64,000 nucleotides of DNA. Origin: an uncultured Candidatus Saccharibacteria bacterium (GTDB taxonomy: Bacteria; Patescibacteriota; Doudnabacteria; UBA920). Under the pieces are notes generated by a model. It searched no databases. It was not told the DNA's origin and saw only the letters and a list, made by a program, of their open reading frames with translations. Where the stretch lies: assembly GCA_964556325.1 (NCBI GenBank), contig CAZKVS010000003.1:4219-68218 (forward strand), read 5' to 3'. Positions 18,041 through 27,206 of this stretch are shown here, piece by piece. How positions within the stretch are numbered: the first letter of the stretch is position 1; the number at the start of each line of letters is the position of its first letter. The position numbers and the translations under genes are program-made.

Positions 18041-19657
18041 TTACTGCACGCTAAAGTTAAACATCATCCCGCTTTCTAAATGCTCAGGTATGTGACAGTG
18101 CGCCATCCAGTCGCCCAGGTTAGACATATCAACCAAAAGATCTACAGTCGTACCGGCCGGAATAAGCACGGTGTCTTTCCAAGCCAAGTTAGTTTGTAAC
18201 TTGTCGTTCACGCTAGCTACCAAAAACCGCTGCCCGTGAAAATGGAACGGATGCTGCATAGGGTGCATGGAGTTCGCGTCGTTGGTAACTCGCACCTTTA
18301 CCATATCCCCTTTTTTAAACTGCCAATGAATATCCATATTACTTAAGTTGGTAGCCGTATCTACTACTTTCCAGGTAATTGTTTTAGAAGTAGAACCGGA
18401 GTTCATGGCGCCATGCTTATCTTCCCACTCAATACCGTCAGGACCCACCGGCGCCATGTTCATCATCATGCTATTGGACATAGCACTTCCATCCGACATA
18501 GTATGGGCGCCGCTCATACCACTCATGTTCATGGTATCACTCATACCACCCATAGCCACAGTCAGGTTTATAGTTTTATCGGGTGCCTTGTTCAAGCTGG
18601 TTCGAAACGGATCCATGCTTGCCACTACACTTTTGTGCGTATGAAGAATATCAAACTCTTTTTTGTAGGAAGCTGCTACTGGGTCACTGTTTACCGCTAC
18701 CTTACCCAAAATAACTGTCTCATCGGGCATACGGTTTTCTAAGTACGCTTGGCCCGCTTGCGCAAAATAAACATCTACAATTGCGCGTTCCGAAGGTCCA
18801 AGCGTCACCGTATCTACCATTTGCTCGCGTTCATATGCACCATTATCTGAACCCACCAGCTTGAGCTTTGCACCAGAAACACCAAACCGAAACACCCTAC
18901 TCCCGGCTGCATTGGTTATGTACATACGTACTACTTCACCGGCCTGAGCAGTGAGTATGTAGTCGCTACTTCCGTTTACCAACATTACGTTTCCATACCG
19001 GCCCATAAGTGCGTGGTCTACACTATCAGAAAAATACGGCGCCACCACGCCATTCTGCATGAGTATGTCATCAAGCACGAGCGGCACTTCCCTGTTTACC
19101 GGGGCGAACTCGTTTGCCTCTTTGGGCGCTACTATAAAGTTGCCATACAAACCCAAGTCCTGAGTGTAGTCTTCTCGCAAATGCGGATGGTACCAAAACA
19201 CTCCGCTGTCTGGAAAGGCAATTTTATAATCAAAACTTTCCCCCGGTTTTACTTCCGGCTGTGTTACGCCCGGCACGCCGTCAAAAGCGTTATTCAGGCG
19301 CACTCCGTGACTATGTATGGTGGTAGGAATATCAATTTTATTTGTAAAACGAATAGTGACCTCCGCACCCTGCGCAACTCGAATGGTCGGCCCCGGCACT
19401 GAGCCGTTGTAAGCCAACATGCGTACTTTGGTACCATTTATTTCTTTTACCACCGGCTCGGCAACCAAGTTATAGGTGTCACCATTTTTGAGCTCTGCTG
19501 TTTCCGTCTGCCTCGCTTCAGGGAGTCCTTGTACACTACTACTAAACTGTTTATCTGAAACAGACGATGCAGAATGATGTGTTTTATTTTGCGCATATAT
19601 CCATGCGCCACCTACCAGTACTATAACTGCTAATACTGACCCAATTTTCTTTGTCAT
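18041..19657 (-). CDS. multicopper oxidase
   Basis: HSHG, WYHPH, HPFHFHG, HCHIPEHLESGMM copper ligands; Met-rich loop; N-terminal anchor. Confidence 0.95.
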   Translation of the reverse strand: MTKKIGSVLAVIVLVGGAWIYAQNKTHHSASSVSDKQFSSSVQGLPEARQTETAELKNGDTYNLVAEPVVKEINGTKVRMLAYNGSVPGPTIRVAQGAEVTIRFTNKIDIPTTIHSHGVRLNNAFDGVPGVTQPEVKPGESFDYKIAFPDSGVFWYHPHLREDYTQDLGLYGNFIVAPKEANEFAPVNREVPLVLDDILMQNGVVAPYFSDSVDHALMGRYGNVMLVNGSSDYILTAQAGEVVRMYITNAAGSRVFRFGVSGAKLKLVGSDNGAYEREQMVDTVTLGPSERAIVDVYFAQAGQAYLENRMPDETVILGKVAVNSDPVAASYKKEFDILHTHKSVVASMDPFRTSLNKAPDKTINLTVAMGGMSDTMNMSGMSGAHTMSDGSAMSNSMMMNMAPVGPDGIEWEDKHGAMNSGSTSKTITWKVVDTATNLSNMDIHWQFKKGDMVKVRVTNDANSMHPMQHPFHFHGQRFLVASVNDKLQTNLAWKDTVLIPAGTTVDLLVDMSNLGDWMAHCHIPEHLESGMMFNFSVQ

Positions 19658-19769
19658 ATATGTATATCGTTATGTTTTTAGTATGCCCGCAGAACGTACT
19701 CCTTGTAAAGTACTTACAACCAGAAACCTTACCTGCTATTATATACATATAAAACTAATCTTCATTTCC

Positions 19770-19976
19770 ATGGACGAACAAGAAAAAGCATATATAGACA
19801 AAAAGTTCTCGGAACTAGAGAACAAGCTCATAAACCCAGACCCTAAAGAACTCTGGGAACGCTCTAAAAAATACCGGAGCATGTCTTACTCGTACAGCCT
19901 CAAGGCAGGACTCATTGCCCTGGTAGTAGTCGGCCTCACAATTATAATCACTTTTCGCGTACTAGGACTTTTCTAA
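19770..19976 (+). CDS. small C-terminally anchored membrane protein (MDEQEKAYIDKKF)
   Basis: ATG at 19770, C-terminal TM helix, similar N-terminus to 25573-25785. Confidence 0.65.
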   Translation: MDEQEKAYIDKKFSELENKLINPDPKELWERSKKYRSMSYSYSLKAGLIALVVVGLTIIITFRVLGLF

Positions 19977-20015
19977 TTTTTTTCAAACCAAGTTCACACT
20001 AGGCAAAAAAGCTCA

Positions 20016-20044
20016 TTGACTTAGCTAGGCCTTTTGTTTATAAT
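20016..20044 (+). promoter_or_regulatory. sigma70-type promoter
   Basis: TTGACT-N17-TATAAT. Confidence 0.8.
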
Positions 20045-20179
20045 AGCCTAGCAATTACGCATTGCCCCACGCCTGACACAGCAGGTGCTGGACTAGTCTT
20101 TCCTACCCAAGCTGTGTAGGATTTTTTATTTGAAAAGCATGGCGCTCGCGCTTAGCGCGAGTAATACCACGCTTAGCGT

Positions 20180-20254
20180 GGTGCCCGTAGCTCAATGGTA
20201 GAGCACCGCTCTGTGGCAGCGGCTACGCGGGTCCGATTCCCGTCGGGCACCCCA
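20180..20254 (+). tRNA. tRNA-His (GTG)
   Basis: G-1 plus GTGCCCG/CGGGCAC acceptor, anticodon arm CCGCT-CTGTGGC-AGCGG, discriminator C, encoded CCA; T-loop TCCGATT. Confidence 0.93.
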
Positions 20255-20256
20255 TC

Positions 20257-20285
20257 AAAATCACTAGTGAAGGCTAGTGATTTTT
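20257..20285 (+). terminator. intrinsic terminator after tRNA-His
   Basis: AAAATCACTAG-TGAAGG-CTAGTGATTTTT. Confidence 0.75.
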
Positions 20286-20299
20286 GTTATCCTTAAGCC

Positions 20300-20815
20300 A
20301 TGAGAATTATCATGGACGATAAAGAAGTGGCTCAGTTAGTACCTGATAGTTTGCCTATACTCATTCACGGAGTGGAGGGCTCAGGTGCTTCTATGTATAC
20401 CATTGCCTTAGCGGCGCAGTGGTTCAAGCAGGGGTATAAAATATTATTTCTTTGCGGGTACCCAATGGCGGAAGAGGAATTTACAAGACTTGTCGGGGAA
20501 CATACATCGGCCGTCTTCTACACCAAAGATAATGTTGAGAATTTTAAAAAAGAAGTCGTAGATTCAGATACAATCGTTATAGTTAAAAACATCGAATTAT
20601 TCGGAGCCGATATTGTAAACTCTGTTACGACGAAGTGCCTCATCGTCTCTGGCAACCTTAACAAATGCAGCTTCAAAGAAGAATTACTTACACTGACTTT
20701 TGTATCGGAAGTATATTTTTCAGGGCTTGACGACAAAAGCTTCCCCGAACTAAAAAAATACGAGGGGTTAGTTATATCTGGAGAGCTTAAAGGCATAACA
20801 AAGCTTGAGCAATGA
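20300..20815 (+). CDS. hypothetical protein, degenerate P-loop-like N-terminus
   Basis: 171 aa ORF, ILIHGVEGSGAS. Confidence 0.6.
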   Translation: MRIIMDDKEVAQLVPDSLPILIHGVEGSGASMYTIALAAQWFKQGYKILFLCGYPMAEEEFTRLVGEHTSAVFYTKDNVENFKKEVVDSDTIVIVKNIELFGADIVNSVTTKCLIVSGNLNKCSFKEELLTLTFVSEVYFSGLDDKSFPELKKYEGLVISGELKGITKLEQ

Positions 20816-20895
20816 GACTACTCTAACAAACTATACTATGCGAACACAGACAAAACACACTAGTTTGAACTAGTGTGTTTTGGTATGCTTAGGGC

Positions 20896-21660
20896 ATGGA
20901 AATTGGTACTCAAAAATTTACAATAGTAACCTACAATATTTTTGACGGAAGAAATACTGAGAGAATAATTACTAACATTCTGCAGCTCATTCAAAACGGC
21001 GCTTCGGTTATATGTTTACAAGAAGTTCGGCAGGTGTATCGCAACGTAGAATTTGCTACACTCTTAGCTGAACGCTTACCAAAACACTTTAGCTCCAAAT
21101 ATTTTCTAGAGGGCGACGCGCGTTGGTTTGACTACGGCTTGGGCATACTGTTGGACGACAATGTCTTTTCATCTTCCGCCTTTCATCAGCTCCCACTACC
21201 CGAACAAAGCCACCTCACGTTTTGGAATAAACTGTTTTACTGGATCTTGGGACTGGAGCCAAAAATTATTAAGCGCGGGGCGCTCATTGGAACTTTCACA
21301 TGTGGAACAAAGAAAATTCGCATTACTAACCTGCACTTAGACTTTCAGGGTGGTAATAGTCACAGAGCAAACCAACTTATATCTCTTACGGACTTTCTTG
21401 CAACCCAAGAACCAATGGAGTATGAAATAGTATGCGGAGACTTCAATACGCTGGGTCTCTTTGGTAAGAAAAATAAAGTCCTCACCCTTGAGCAACAACT
21501 GGGAAATAAATTTCAAAGCGCCCTGAGTGGGCCATACTCTAGTGCACTTATGCAACAATTAGATTATATATTCCTCAAAAACTTGGACGATCGTAAAGCA
21601 CAAATCTTAAAATTAAAAGGTTCAGATCATCGTCCCCTACTAGCGGAACTAAATCTATAA
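20896..21660 (+). CDS. endonuclease/exonuclease/phosphatase family protein
   Basis: TYNI, CLQEV, NLHL, CGDFN, LDYIF, SDHRP. Confidence 0.9.
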   Translation: MEIGTQKFTIVTYNIFDGRNTERIITNILQLIQNGASVICLQEVRQVYRNVEFATLLAERLPKHFSSKYFLEGDARWFDYGLGILLDDNVFSSSAFHQLPLPEQSHLTFWNKLFYWILGLEPKIIKRGALIGTFTCGTKKIRITNLHLDFQGGNSHRANQLISLTDFLATQEPMEYEIVCGDFNTLGLFGKKNKVLTLEQQLGNKFQSALSGPYSSALMQQLDYIFLKNLDDRKAQILKLKGSDHRPLLAELNL

Positions 21661-21746
21661 ATCTTGATGGTAACCTTTGCGCAACTACCACACAATCACT
21701 CTTGTATATATTAGTAACAAGAGATTGTATTTGCTACTATGAGCCT

Positions 21747-22388
21747 ATGCTATATATAAAAGAAAACTACGAACTACTGTACGGAAGGACTCCGGATGCA
21801 TCTGCATATGGAAAGCCGTCAGACTTAGCCGTAAAAATTACTGGCATATTGCCGGGTGGTAAAATTTTAGACTTAGGCGCCGGCGATGGCAGGCAGGCAT
21901 TGTACTTAGCAGCACAGGGCTTTGAAGTTACAGCAGTAGACTTGTCCGAAGCAGCATTGGAAAAACTGCAACGGCTTGCGGCACAACAAGGGTTAAAAAT
22001 TACCACAGAATTAGCTGACCTCAATTCCTGGTCAATGCACAATGAGTACGATGCTATTCTTGCCATAGCTGTTTTACAACACTTAAAACACGACTCGGCG
22101 CTACGAATATTAAACGAAATAAAGGCGCGTACAAATCCAGGTGGCGTGAACATAATTACCGCATTTACAAAGACTGGCGATAGGTATGTAGTGGACAGAG
22201 TAGAAGACCCGGAAGCGTTTTACCCCGAAGACAACTGGCTGCAAGAGTTCTATGGCGACTGGCACATAACAGAACACAGTTTCATTACCACCAAAGAAAA
22301 AAGAGTGTTGGAATCTACCGGCTTGCCAATGCAAAGCACAATTGAAAGAATGTTTGCTCAAAAGCCCTCGCCGGAAGAATCAAACTGA
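21747..22388 (+). CDS. TehB-like class I SAM-dependent methyltransferase
   Basis: ILDLGAGDGRQALYLA, AVDLS, TNPGGVN. Confidence 0.88.
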   Translation: MLYIKENYELLYGRTPDASAYGKPSDLAVKITGILPGGKILDLGAGDGRQALYLAAQGFEVTAVDLSEAALEKLQRLAAQQGLKITTELADLNSWSMHNEYDAILAIAVLQHLKHDSALRILNEIKARTNPGGVNIITAFTKTGDRYVVDRVEDPEAFYPEDNWLQEFYGDWHITEHSFITTKEKRVLESTGLPMQSTIERMFAQKPSPEESN

Positions 22389-22571
22389 CATGAGGCCATA
22401 AGCGCACTCCCCTATACAAAGGTGGCCATGGTATAGGGGAGTTTTAAATTCCGGGTTTTAAGTTTGCTATATCCCCTTCTGTAGAAAACGTGTACACTGT
22501 ATAGACAGAGCTCGGAAGCACGTAGCTTTTGAGGTATAAACACTCTACATTAGCATATAATATATTTATAT

Positions 22572-23228
22572 ATGGCAGATTTTAAAAGACCCGGTGGTGG
22601 GTTTGGCGGTAACAAAGGCAGAGGCGGATTTGGCGATAAACGCGGTGGCGGACGCCCAAGCTTCGGTGGCAGGCCGTCATTTGGCGGAGGTCGCGATGAC
22701 CGACGTTCAGAAATGTTCACTGCTACCTGTAGCGACTGCGGTAACGAATGCCAAGTCCCCTTCCGTCCCAACGGCAGCAAGCCAGTGTACTGCGACAACT
22801 GCTTTAGCTCCAAACGTGACGGCTATTCCAACGACTTCGCTAACGGCGGCGCGCCAAAGCACCGATCCCAGCAACCAGACACCTTTTCTTTTGGCGCACC
22901 CGCACCTAAGCAAGCACCAGTTCAAGCTGCAACAACGGCCCTGAGCGATAAACGCATAGACGAGCTCAAAAAACAGGTAGACGCGCTGAGTGCGAAAATA
23001 GACAAGCTGTTACACATTGCACAGAACGGACCACAACCAAAAACAACTTCGTCCGCTCCCGCAGCTCCGACATCGCCCGCTCCTGTTGCTCTTAAGACTC
23101 TTACCCCAACACCGAAACCTGCAGAAAAAACAGTGGCACCCAAAGTTGCCAAACCAGCTACAGCTCAGGCCAAGAAGGCCCCTGCCAAGACTCCGGCTAA
23201 GAAAAAAGTAGCCGCGAAAAAGAAGTAG
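22572..23228 (+). CDS. CxxC-x17-CxxC domain protein with Gly/Arg-rich N-terminus and Lys/Ala-rich tail
   Basis: ATCSDCGNECQVPFRPNGSKPVYCDNCF. Confidence 0.9.
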   Translation: MADFKRPGGGFGGNKGRGGFGDKRGGGRPSFGGRPSFGGGRDDRRSEMFTATCSDCGNECQVPFRPNGSKPVYCDNCFSSKRDGYSNDFANGGAPKHRSQQPDTFSFGAPAPKQAPVQAATTALSDKRIDELKKQVDALSAKIDKLLHIAQNGPQPKTTSSAPAAPTSPAPVALKTLTPTPKPAEKTVAPKVAKPATAQAKKAPAKTPAKKKVAAKKK

Positions 23229-23335
23229 GGTTTACACTAGAAAGTTTTACTTATTTACGGATTATTTATTTTTGAGGTTTGTCGAACTTACAAAGATATC
23301 TAAGTTATTACTTTTACCATTAAACACGAAACACT

Positions 23336-23566
23336 ATGACTGGCGTAATAGACAAAATGATGGGCGAAGGTAAACTATTTGGCTTCATCAAACCAGACGG
23401 CGAAGCAAAAAACATTTTCTTCCATAAAGACAAGATGGTTGATACAACCGCCTTTGATTCTTTAAAAGAAGGCGTAAAAGTCTCGTTCGACACCGAACTA
23501 GACAACCAGGGACGCACCAACGCGATAAACGTTGCTGTTGTTACCGACGCTGCAGCAGTTGCCTAA
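23336..23566 (+). CDS. cold-shock domain protein
   Basis: FGFIKP, IFFH, LKEG.KVSF, AINV. Confidence 0.88.
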   Translation: MTGVIDKMMGEGKLFGFIKPDGEAKNIFFHKDKMVDTTAFDSLKEGVKVSFDTELDNQGRTNAINVAVVTDAAAVA

Positions 23567-23576
23567 AAACACTGTT

Positions 23577-23605
23577 AAAATCCCGACTCAGAGTCGGGAT
23601 TTTTT
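23577..23605 (+). terminator. terminator-like palindrome ATCCCGAC-N5-GTCGGGAT
   Basis: AAAATCCCGACTCAGAGTCGGGATTTTT; near-identical core at 25812-25832. Confidence 0.75.
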
Positions 23606-23619
23606 GATATTATATAGAC

Positions 23620-24417
23620 ATGCAAACTATCTCGGTTCTGAGTTGGAATATACAAGGTGACACAAATATTACCGGCCATACATCATTGGCAAAAATAAAA
23701 CCCCACCTACTGGAAACTACCGCGGATATACTTGTTCTCCAAGAAGCACTCCACGCTCAAACAATGCTTTCAAATATTGGTCTAGCGCGTGCATACAACA
23801 CATTTGTTCCGGAATCCAACACCAAACCCAAAACAGGTTTTAATCATTCAGTGGTGCTCAGCACATACCCCATAGAAGAAGCAAGCGAGATTATGTTTCC
23901 GAACTGGGGTCAGCAAAGGTATTTAGAAAGCGTTACAAAAGCGGACATACGTATAGATACGCATATACTCAGAATATATAATTGCCACTTTCCTATTTTC
24001 AGAGCCGGCATAGCTACTCGAGTCAAACTACTGGAATACATACTTGCAGACAGCCTTACACATACAGGCCCCATTATTATATGTGGCGACCTTAACACCA
24101 CCACACCAAAAGAAGGGTGGAGAAAAAAAATTATACAGACCTGGCATATGCAACCCAGTGCAGACAGAATGGTCTACGGCAAAGAAGTGACAGTGGATGA
24201 ACGCGAATTATTTAATACAATCCTAAGTACATATGGTTTTACAGAAGTGCTCAATCTGACCACTTCCACCTGGTCTCCATTTAAAACAAAACATTGGGAA
24301 CTCTTTAACCTCAAACTTGATTGGTTTATGATAAAAAACCTAACTCCTATAGACTACACGCTCGGTCGATACGTGTCCGACCATAGACCTATTGAGGTAC
24401 GATTAAGAGTTGGATAA
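23620..24417 (+). CDS. endonuclease/exonuclease/phosphatase family protein
   Basis: SWNI, LQEA, CGDLN, LDWF, SDHRP. Confidence 0.88.
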   Translation: MQTISVLSWNIQGDTNITGHTSLAKIKPHLLETTADILVLQEALHAQTMLSNIGLARAYNTFVPESNTKPKTGFNHSVVLSTYPIEEASEIMFPNWGQQRYLESVTKADIRIDTHILRIYNCHFPIFRAGIATRVKLLEYILADSLTHTGPIIICGDLNTTTPKEGWRKKIIQTWHMQPSADRMVYGKEVTVDERELFNTILSTYGFTEVLNLTTSTWSPFKTKHWELFNLKLDWFMIKNLTPIDYTLGRYVSDHRPIEVRLRVG

Positions 24418-24527
24418 CGGACCACACTCTCCTACGGCGGCGTTTGCCATGAATATATCCATTTCAAGAACCAAGGAGTATACTATATACAATATTTCCT
24501 TCCATACGTTCTATTCTATATTTTTCC

Positions 24528-25562
24528 ATGTATCATCATAAAATAATTACTCCCGCCCTACTCGTGTTTGCAGGATTTGGAGTTGGTGTGACCATAGCAT
24601 ATAGTACCTACCATAATCATAAACACCCGGATCGAAGCAGCGTGAATCGTAGCACTATTACCAATATTCGTCAGACCAATACTGCTTTTACGTTTATAAA
24701 GCCTCTGCTCAACAGCGAATACGCTTCAAAAGAAGAAAGCGCCCAACGGTACCCATACATCGAAGACATACAAACAACAGTGGAAGCTTACTTGCCCAAG
24801 CACCCAAAGGTCAACGTAGGGTTATTCTTTCTAGACCTTACAAACTCCGCCTGGACAGGCATTAACGAAACAGAACGTTTCGTACCCGCCAGCTTGCTCA
24901 AAGTACCCATGATTATCTCGTACTATAAGCTCCGCGAGACAGAACCTGGTTTGTTTGGAAATAAAATCATTTTTACAGGACCGGACTACAATTCGGTAAA
25001 AAATATAGGCCTCCGTGGCAGTATTAAACCCGGGCAAACGTACTCGGTGGAAGAATTGTTACGAGAAATGATTATTAACTCCGATAACAACGCGCTTGAA
25101 CTGCTCTATGCATACAGAAAAGATGCTCTTTCCACCATTTTCAAAGACCTGGACGCCCCACTGCCTGACAATCAAAAAGACATTGCGCTTACAGATTACC
25201 TTTCCCCCAAAGAAGACAGTAAATTTTTTCTGGTGCTCTATAACGCCTCCTACCTAGACCGACGCAGCTCAGAAGAGGTACTGCGCATTCTTTCCGAAAC
25301 AAATTTTAAAGACGGCATAGTCGCGGGCACTCCCCCCAATACACTGATCAGCCATAAGTTCGGAGAACGCGTCATAGAGGAAGATGGCGTGCCCACCGGG
25401 GAAGAATTTCATGACTGCGGTATTGTGTACTATCCTGGAAAGCCTTACTTTATATGCGTCATGACAAAAGGAAGTAATTTAGAAGAGCAACAGATAGTCG
25501 CAAAAGATATTTCACAGAAAACATTTGAAATTATTTCCACCACAAAGGTAGGCCTGCGCTAA
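24528..25562 (+). CDS. class A beta-lactamase-like serine hydrolase
   Basis: PASLLK, SDN, HKFG, HDCGIVY; N-terminal TM. Confidence 0.88.
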   Translation: MYHHKIITPALLVFAGFGVGVTIAYSTYHNHKHPDRSSVNRSTITNIRQTNTAFTFIKPLLNSEYASKEESAQRYPYIEDIQTTVEAYLPKHPKVNVGLFFLDLTNSAWTGINETERFVPASLLKVPMIISYYKLRETEPGLFGNKIIFTGPDYNSVKNIGLRGSIKPGQTYSVEELLREMIINSDNNALELLYAYRKDALSTIFKDLDAPLPDNQKDIALTDYLSPKEDSKFFLVLYNASYLDRRSSEEVLRILSETNFKDGIVAGTPPNTLISHKFGERVIEEDGVPTGEEFHDCGIVYYPGKPYFICVMTKGSNLEEQQIVAKDISQKTFEIISTTKVGLR

Positions 25563-25572
25563 GTAAATATAT

Positions 25573-25785
25573 ATGGACCAAGAAACGAAAAATTATATAG
25601 ACAGGAAATTTACAGAACAAGCTGCGCACACCGTCGCGGAGCAGCAAGCCGCGCATGACCTCATTGCCTCTAAAAAGAAAAAAGTGCTAGGTATGGTACT
25701 CGTGAGCGCGGGATTTATGCTTCTTCTTCTGTGTGGGATGTTATACCTCTTGTACAAGTTCCAATTGCGCGGATTTTTACAGTAG
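25573..25785 (+). CDS. small C-terminally anchored membrane protein (MDQETKNYIDRKF)
   Basis: C-terminal TM; resembles 19770-19976. Confidence 0.65.
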   Translation: MDQETKNYIDRKFTEQAAHTVAEQQAAHDLIASKKKKVLGMVLVSAGFMLLLLCGMLYLLYKFQLRGFLQ

Positions 25786-25799
25786 CTAGTTCATTTCCC

Positions 25800-25844
25800 C
25801 AACATAAAACCATCCCGACTCAAAGTCGGGATGGTTTTATGTTG
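25800..25844. terminator. long bidirectional hairpin/terminator
   Basis: CAACATAAAACCATCCCGACT-CAA-AGTCGGGATGGTTTTATGTTG. Confidence 0.8.
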
Positions 25845-25853
25845 ACCTGCCTA

Positions 25854-25967
25854 CTACTCCTCGTCCTCTTCATTTTCATCTATGCTTGCGTGTTTGGTTT
25901 TATAACCATAGTACACCGCAATAGCGAGGAGCAAGAAGGTAAACAGTAGAGAAGCGTATTCTTTCAT
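25854..25967 (-). CDS. 37-aa single-TM protein with acidic tail (not in ORF track)
   Basis: MKEYASLLFTFLLLAIAVYYGYKTKHASIDENEEDEE*, ends at the bidirectional terminator. Confidence 0.6.
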   Translation of the reverse strand: MKEYASLLFTFLLLAIAVYYGYKTKHASIDENEEDEE

Positions 25968-26185
25968 ATACATAATTGGTAGTTTACTTACTTATACAAA
26001 TAAGTCAGTAAATTACGAATCGTTACATGAGACGCTATACTGCAGGACCAAGTAGGTACGTATGTACTGCATGGACACCTCGCTTGGTATTTCACTCAGA
26101 AATACCACTTATGACTAAAGTGCGGGGAGTAACTCCGCATAGAGGTATTTTTGGATTTCACGAACCAGCATTACGCTGAATTATA

Positions 26186-26354
26186 TTCCAAAAGTCGACG
26201 AGGTTAGCTGACGGGCTCGGTTATGGAATTTACTTAACATGTAGTTACCCACATGTACTCGCCCCGGCCCCACAAAGTATGGTAGGGAATTTGGTTCCCC
26301 CGCGTTACACTGCCCTATTACGATAGGCAGGTGGTAACTTAGACTTACCTTGAA
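26186..26354 (-). ncRNA. c-di-AMP (ydaO/yuaA) riboswitch
   Basis: Minus strand carries GGGGGAACC, GGGGCGA and CCGAGCCCGTCAGCTAACCTCG in consensus order, with hairpins in the variable regions. Confidence 0.8.
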
Positions 26355-26438
26355 AGGATTATACGCAGGGCTCCATAAGCTGTCAAACCTCATAAGTGGA
26401 TATCTTTTACCACATTTTTCAAAAAAAAATACCCGTAC

Positions 26439-27140
26439 TTACGGAGAAATATAGAAATACTCATGTGTCATTAAATGACCACCCAGGTCTTCTCCAAAGG
26501 CAATGTAAGGATTTAACCCCTGTAACTGGGAAGCATGGTGCTGCAGCAAGCTAGATTTAAACGCTGAGTCCGCCTGCACGCTGACACTCGGCTCACATAC
26601 ATTTTCATACTCTGCATACACCCCGTGTTTACGCTTCGCCCGCAATAAGCCCATAAGCTCTGTACGGTATGGCTCCGGTGGCAAAGCAAACGCTGCGTAC
26701 AATGCATTGTGCGTTTCTGCAGCTCGGACTGCTGCTGTATATGCAGCCACATGATCCATATGCCCTGTATATCCGTCAGGGCCATAGCCCAACACTATGT
26801 CTGGTTGGTAATTCTGAATTGCGTTCTCAATCTGGCGCATAAAACTTTCAACATGCTCTGATAAACTCCCGTCCGGATATCCGCCAATTTCTACCTGACT
26901 AATGCCAATGGCAGTGGCGGAGGCCAGCAGTTCAGCATGACGAATTCTCTGTAACTGGTCCGCCTCGCACTCATAGGCTAAATACGAACGACCATTCTCA
27001 CCCAAAGTACCGCACACAAGTCTTACCTCTCCCCCACTTTCCACCGCCTGGCGCAATGCGCCGGCAAAATACGTTTCATCGTCCGGATGAGCGGTTACCA
27101 CTAAAATCTTTTTACCGAGAAATGGATTATGATTAAGCAT
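26439..27140 (-). CDS. PIG-L family deacetylase
   Basis: VTAHPDDE, TLGENG, RHAEL..S, YPDG, DGYTGHMDH, HASQ. Confidence 0.92.
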   Translation of the reverse strand: MLNHNPFLGKKILVVTAHPDDETYFAGALRQAVESGGEVRLVCGTLGENGRSYLAYECEADQLQRIRHAELLASATAIGISQVEIGGYPDGSLSEHVESFMRQIENAIQNYQPDIVLGYGPDGYTGHMDHVAAYTAAVRAAETHNALYAAFALPPEPYRTELMGLLRAKRKHGVYAEYENVCEPSVSVQADSAFKSSLLQHHASQLQGLNPYIAFGEDLGGHLMTHEYFYISP

Positions 27141-27159
27141 AGTACAGATAGTTTAAAAT

Positions 27160-27179
27160 AAAAAAACCGCAAATGCGGT
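27160..27179 (-). terminator. attenuator-like terminator upstream of the PIG-L gene
   Basis: Minus strand ACCGC-ATTT-GCGGT followed by a T-tract, about 20 nt before the ATG. Confidence 0.55.
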
Positions 27180-27206
27180 ACATGCTGTTTGTGTCCAAAT
27201 ACGAAC

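Noticed and set aside
24528-25562. Functional beta-lactam resistance gene
   Set aside because: HKFG instead of KTG, no clear omega-loop ExxLN motif and a membrane anchor; activity cannot be inferred
26181-26393. 70-aa minus-strand ORF
   Set aside because: Coincides with the c-di-AMP riboswitch; RNA structure explains the sequence better
26000-26400. RNase P RNA, tmRNA or M-box riboswitch
   Set aside because: Lacks the GAGGAAAGUC motif, tRNA-like ends and M-box motifs; ydaO motifs fit instead
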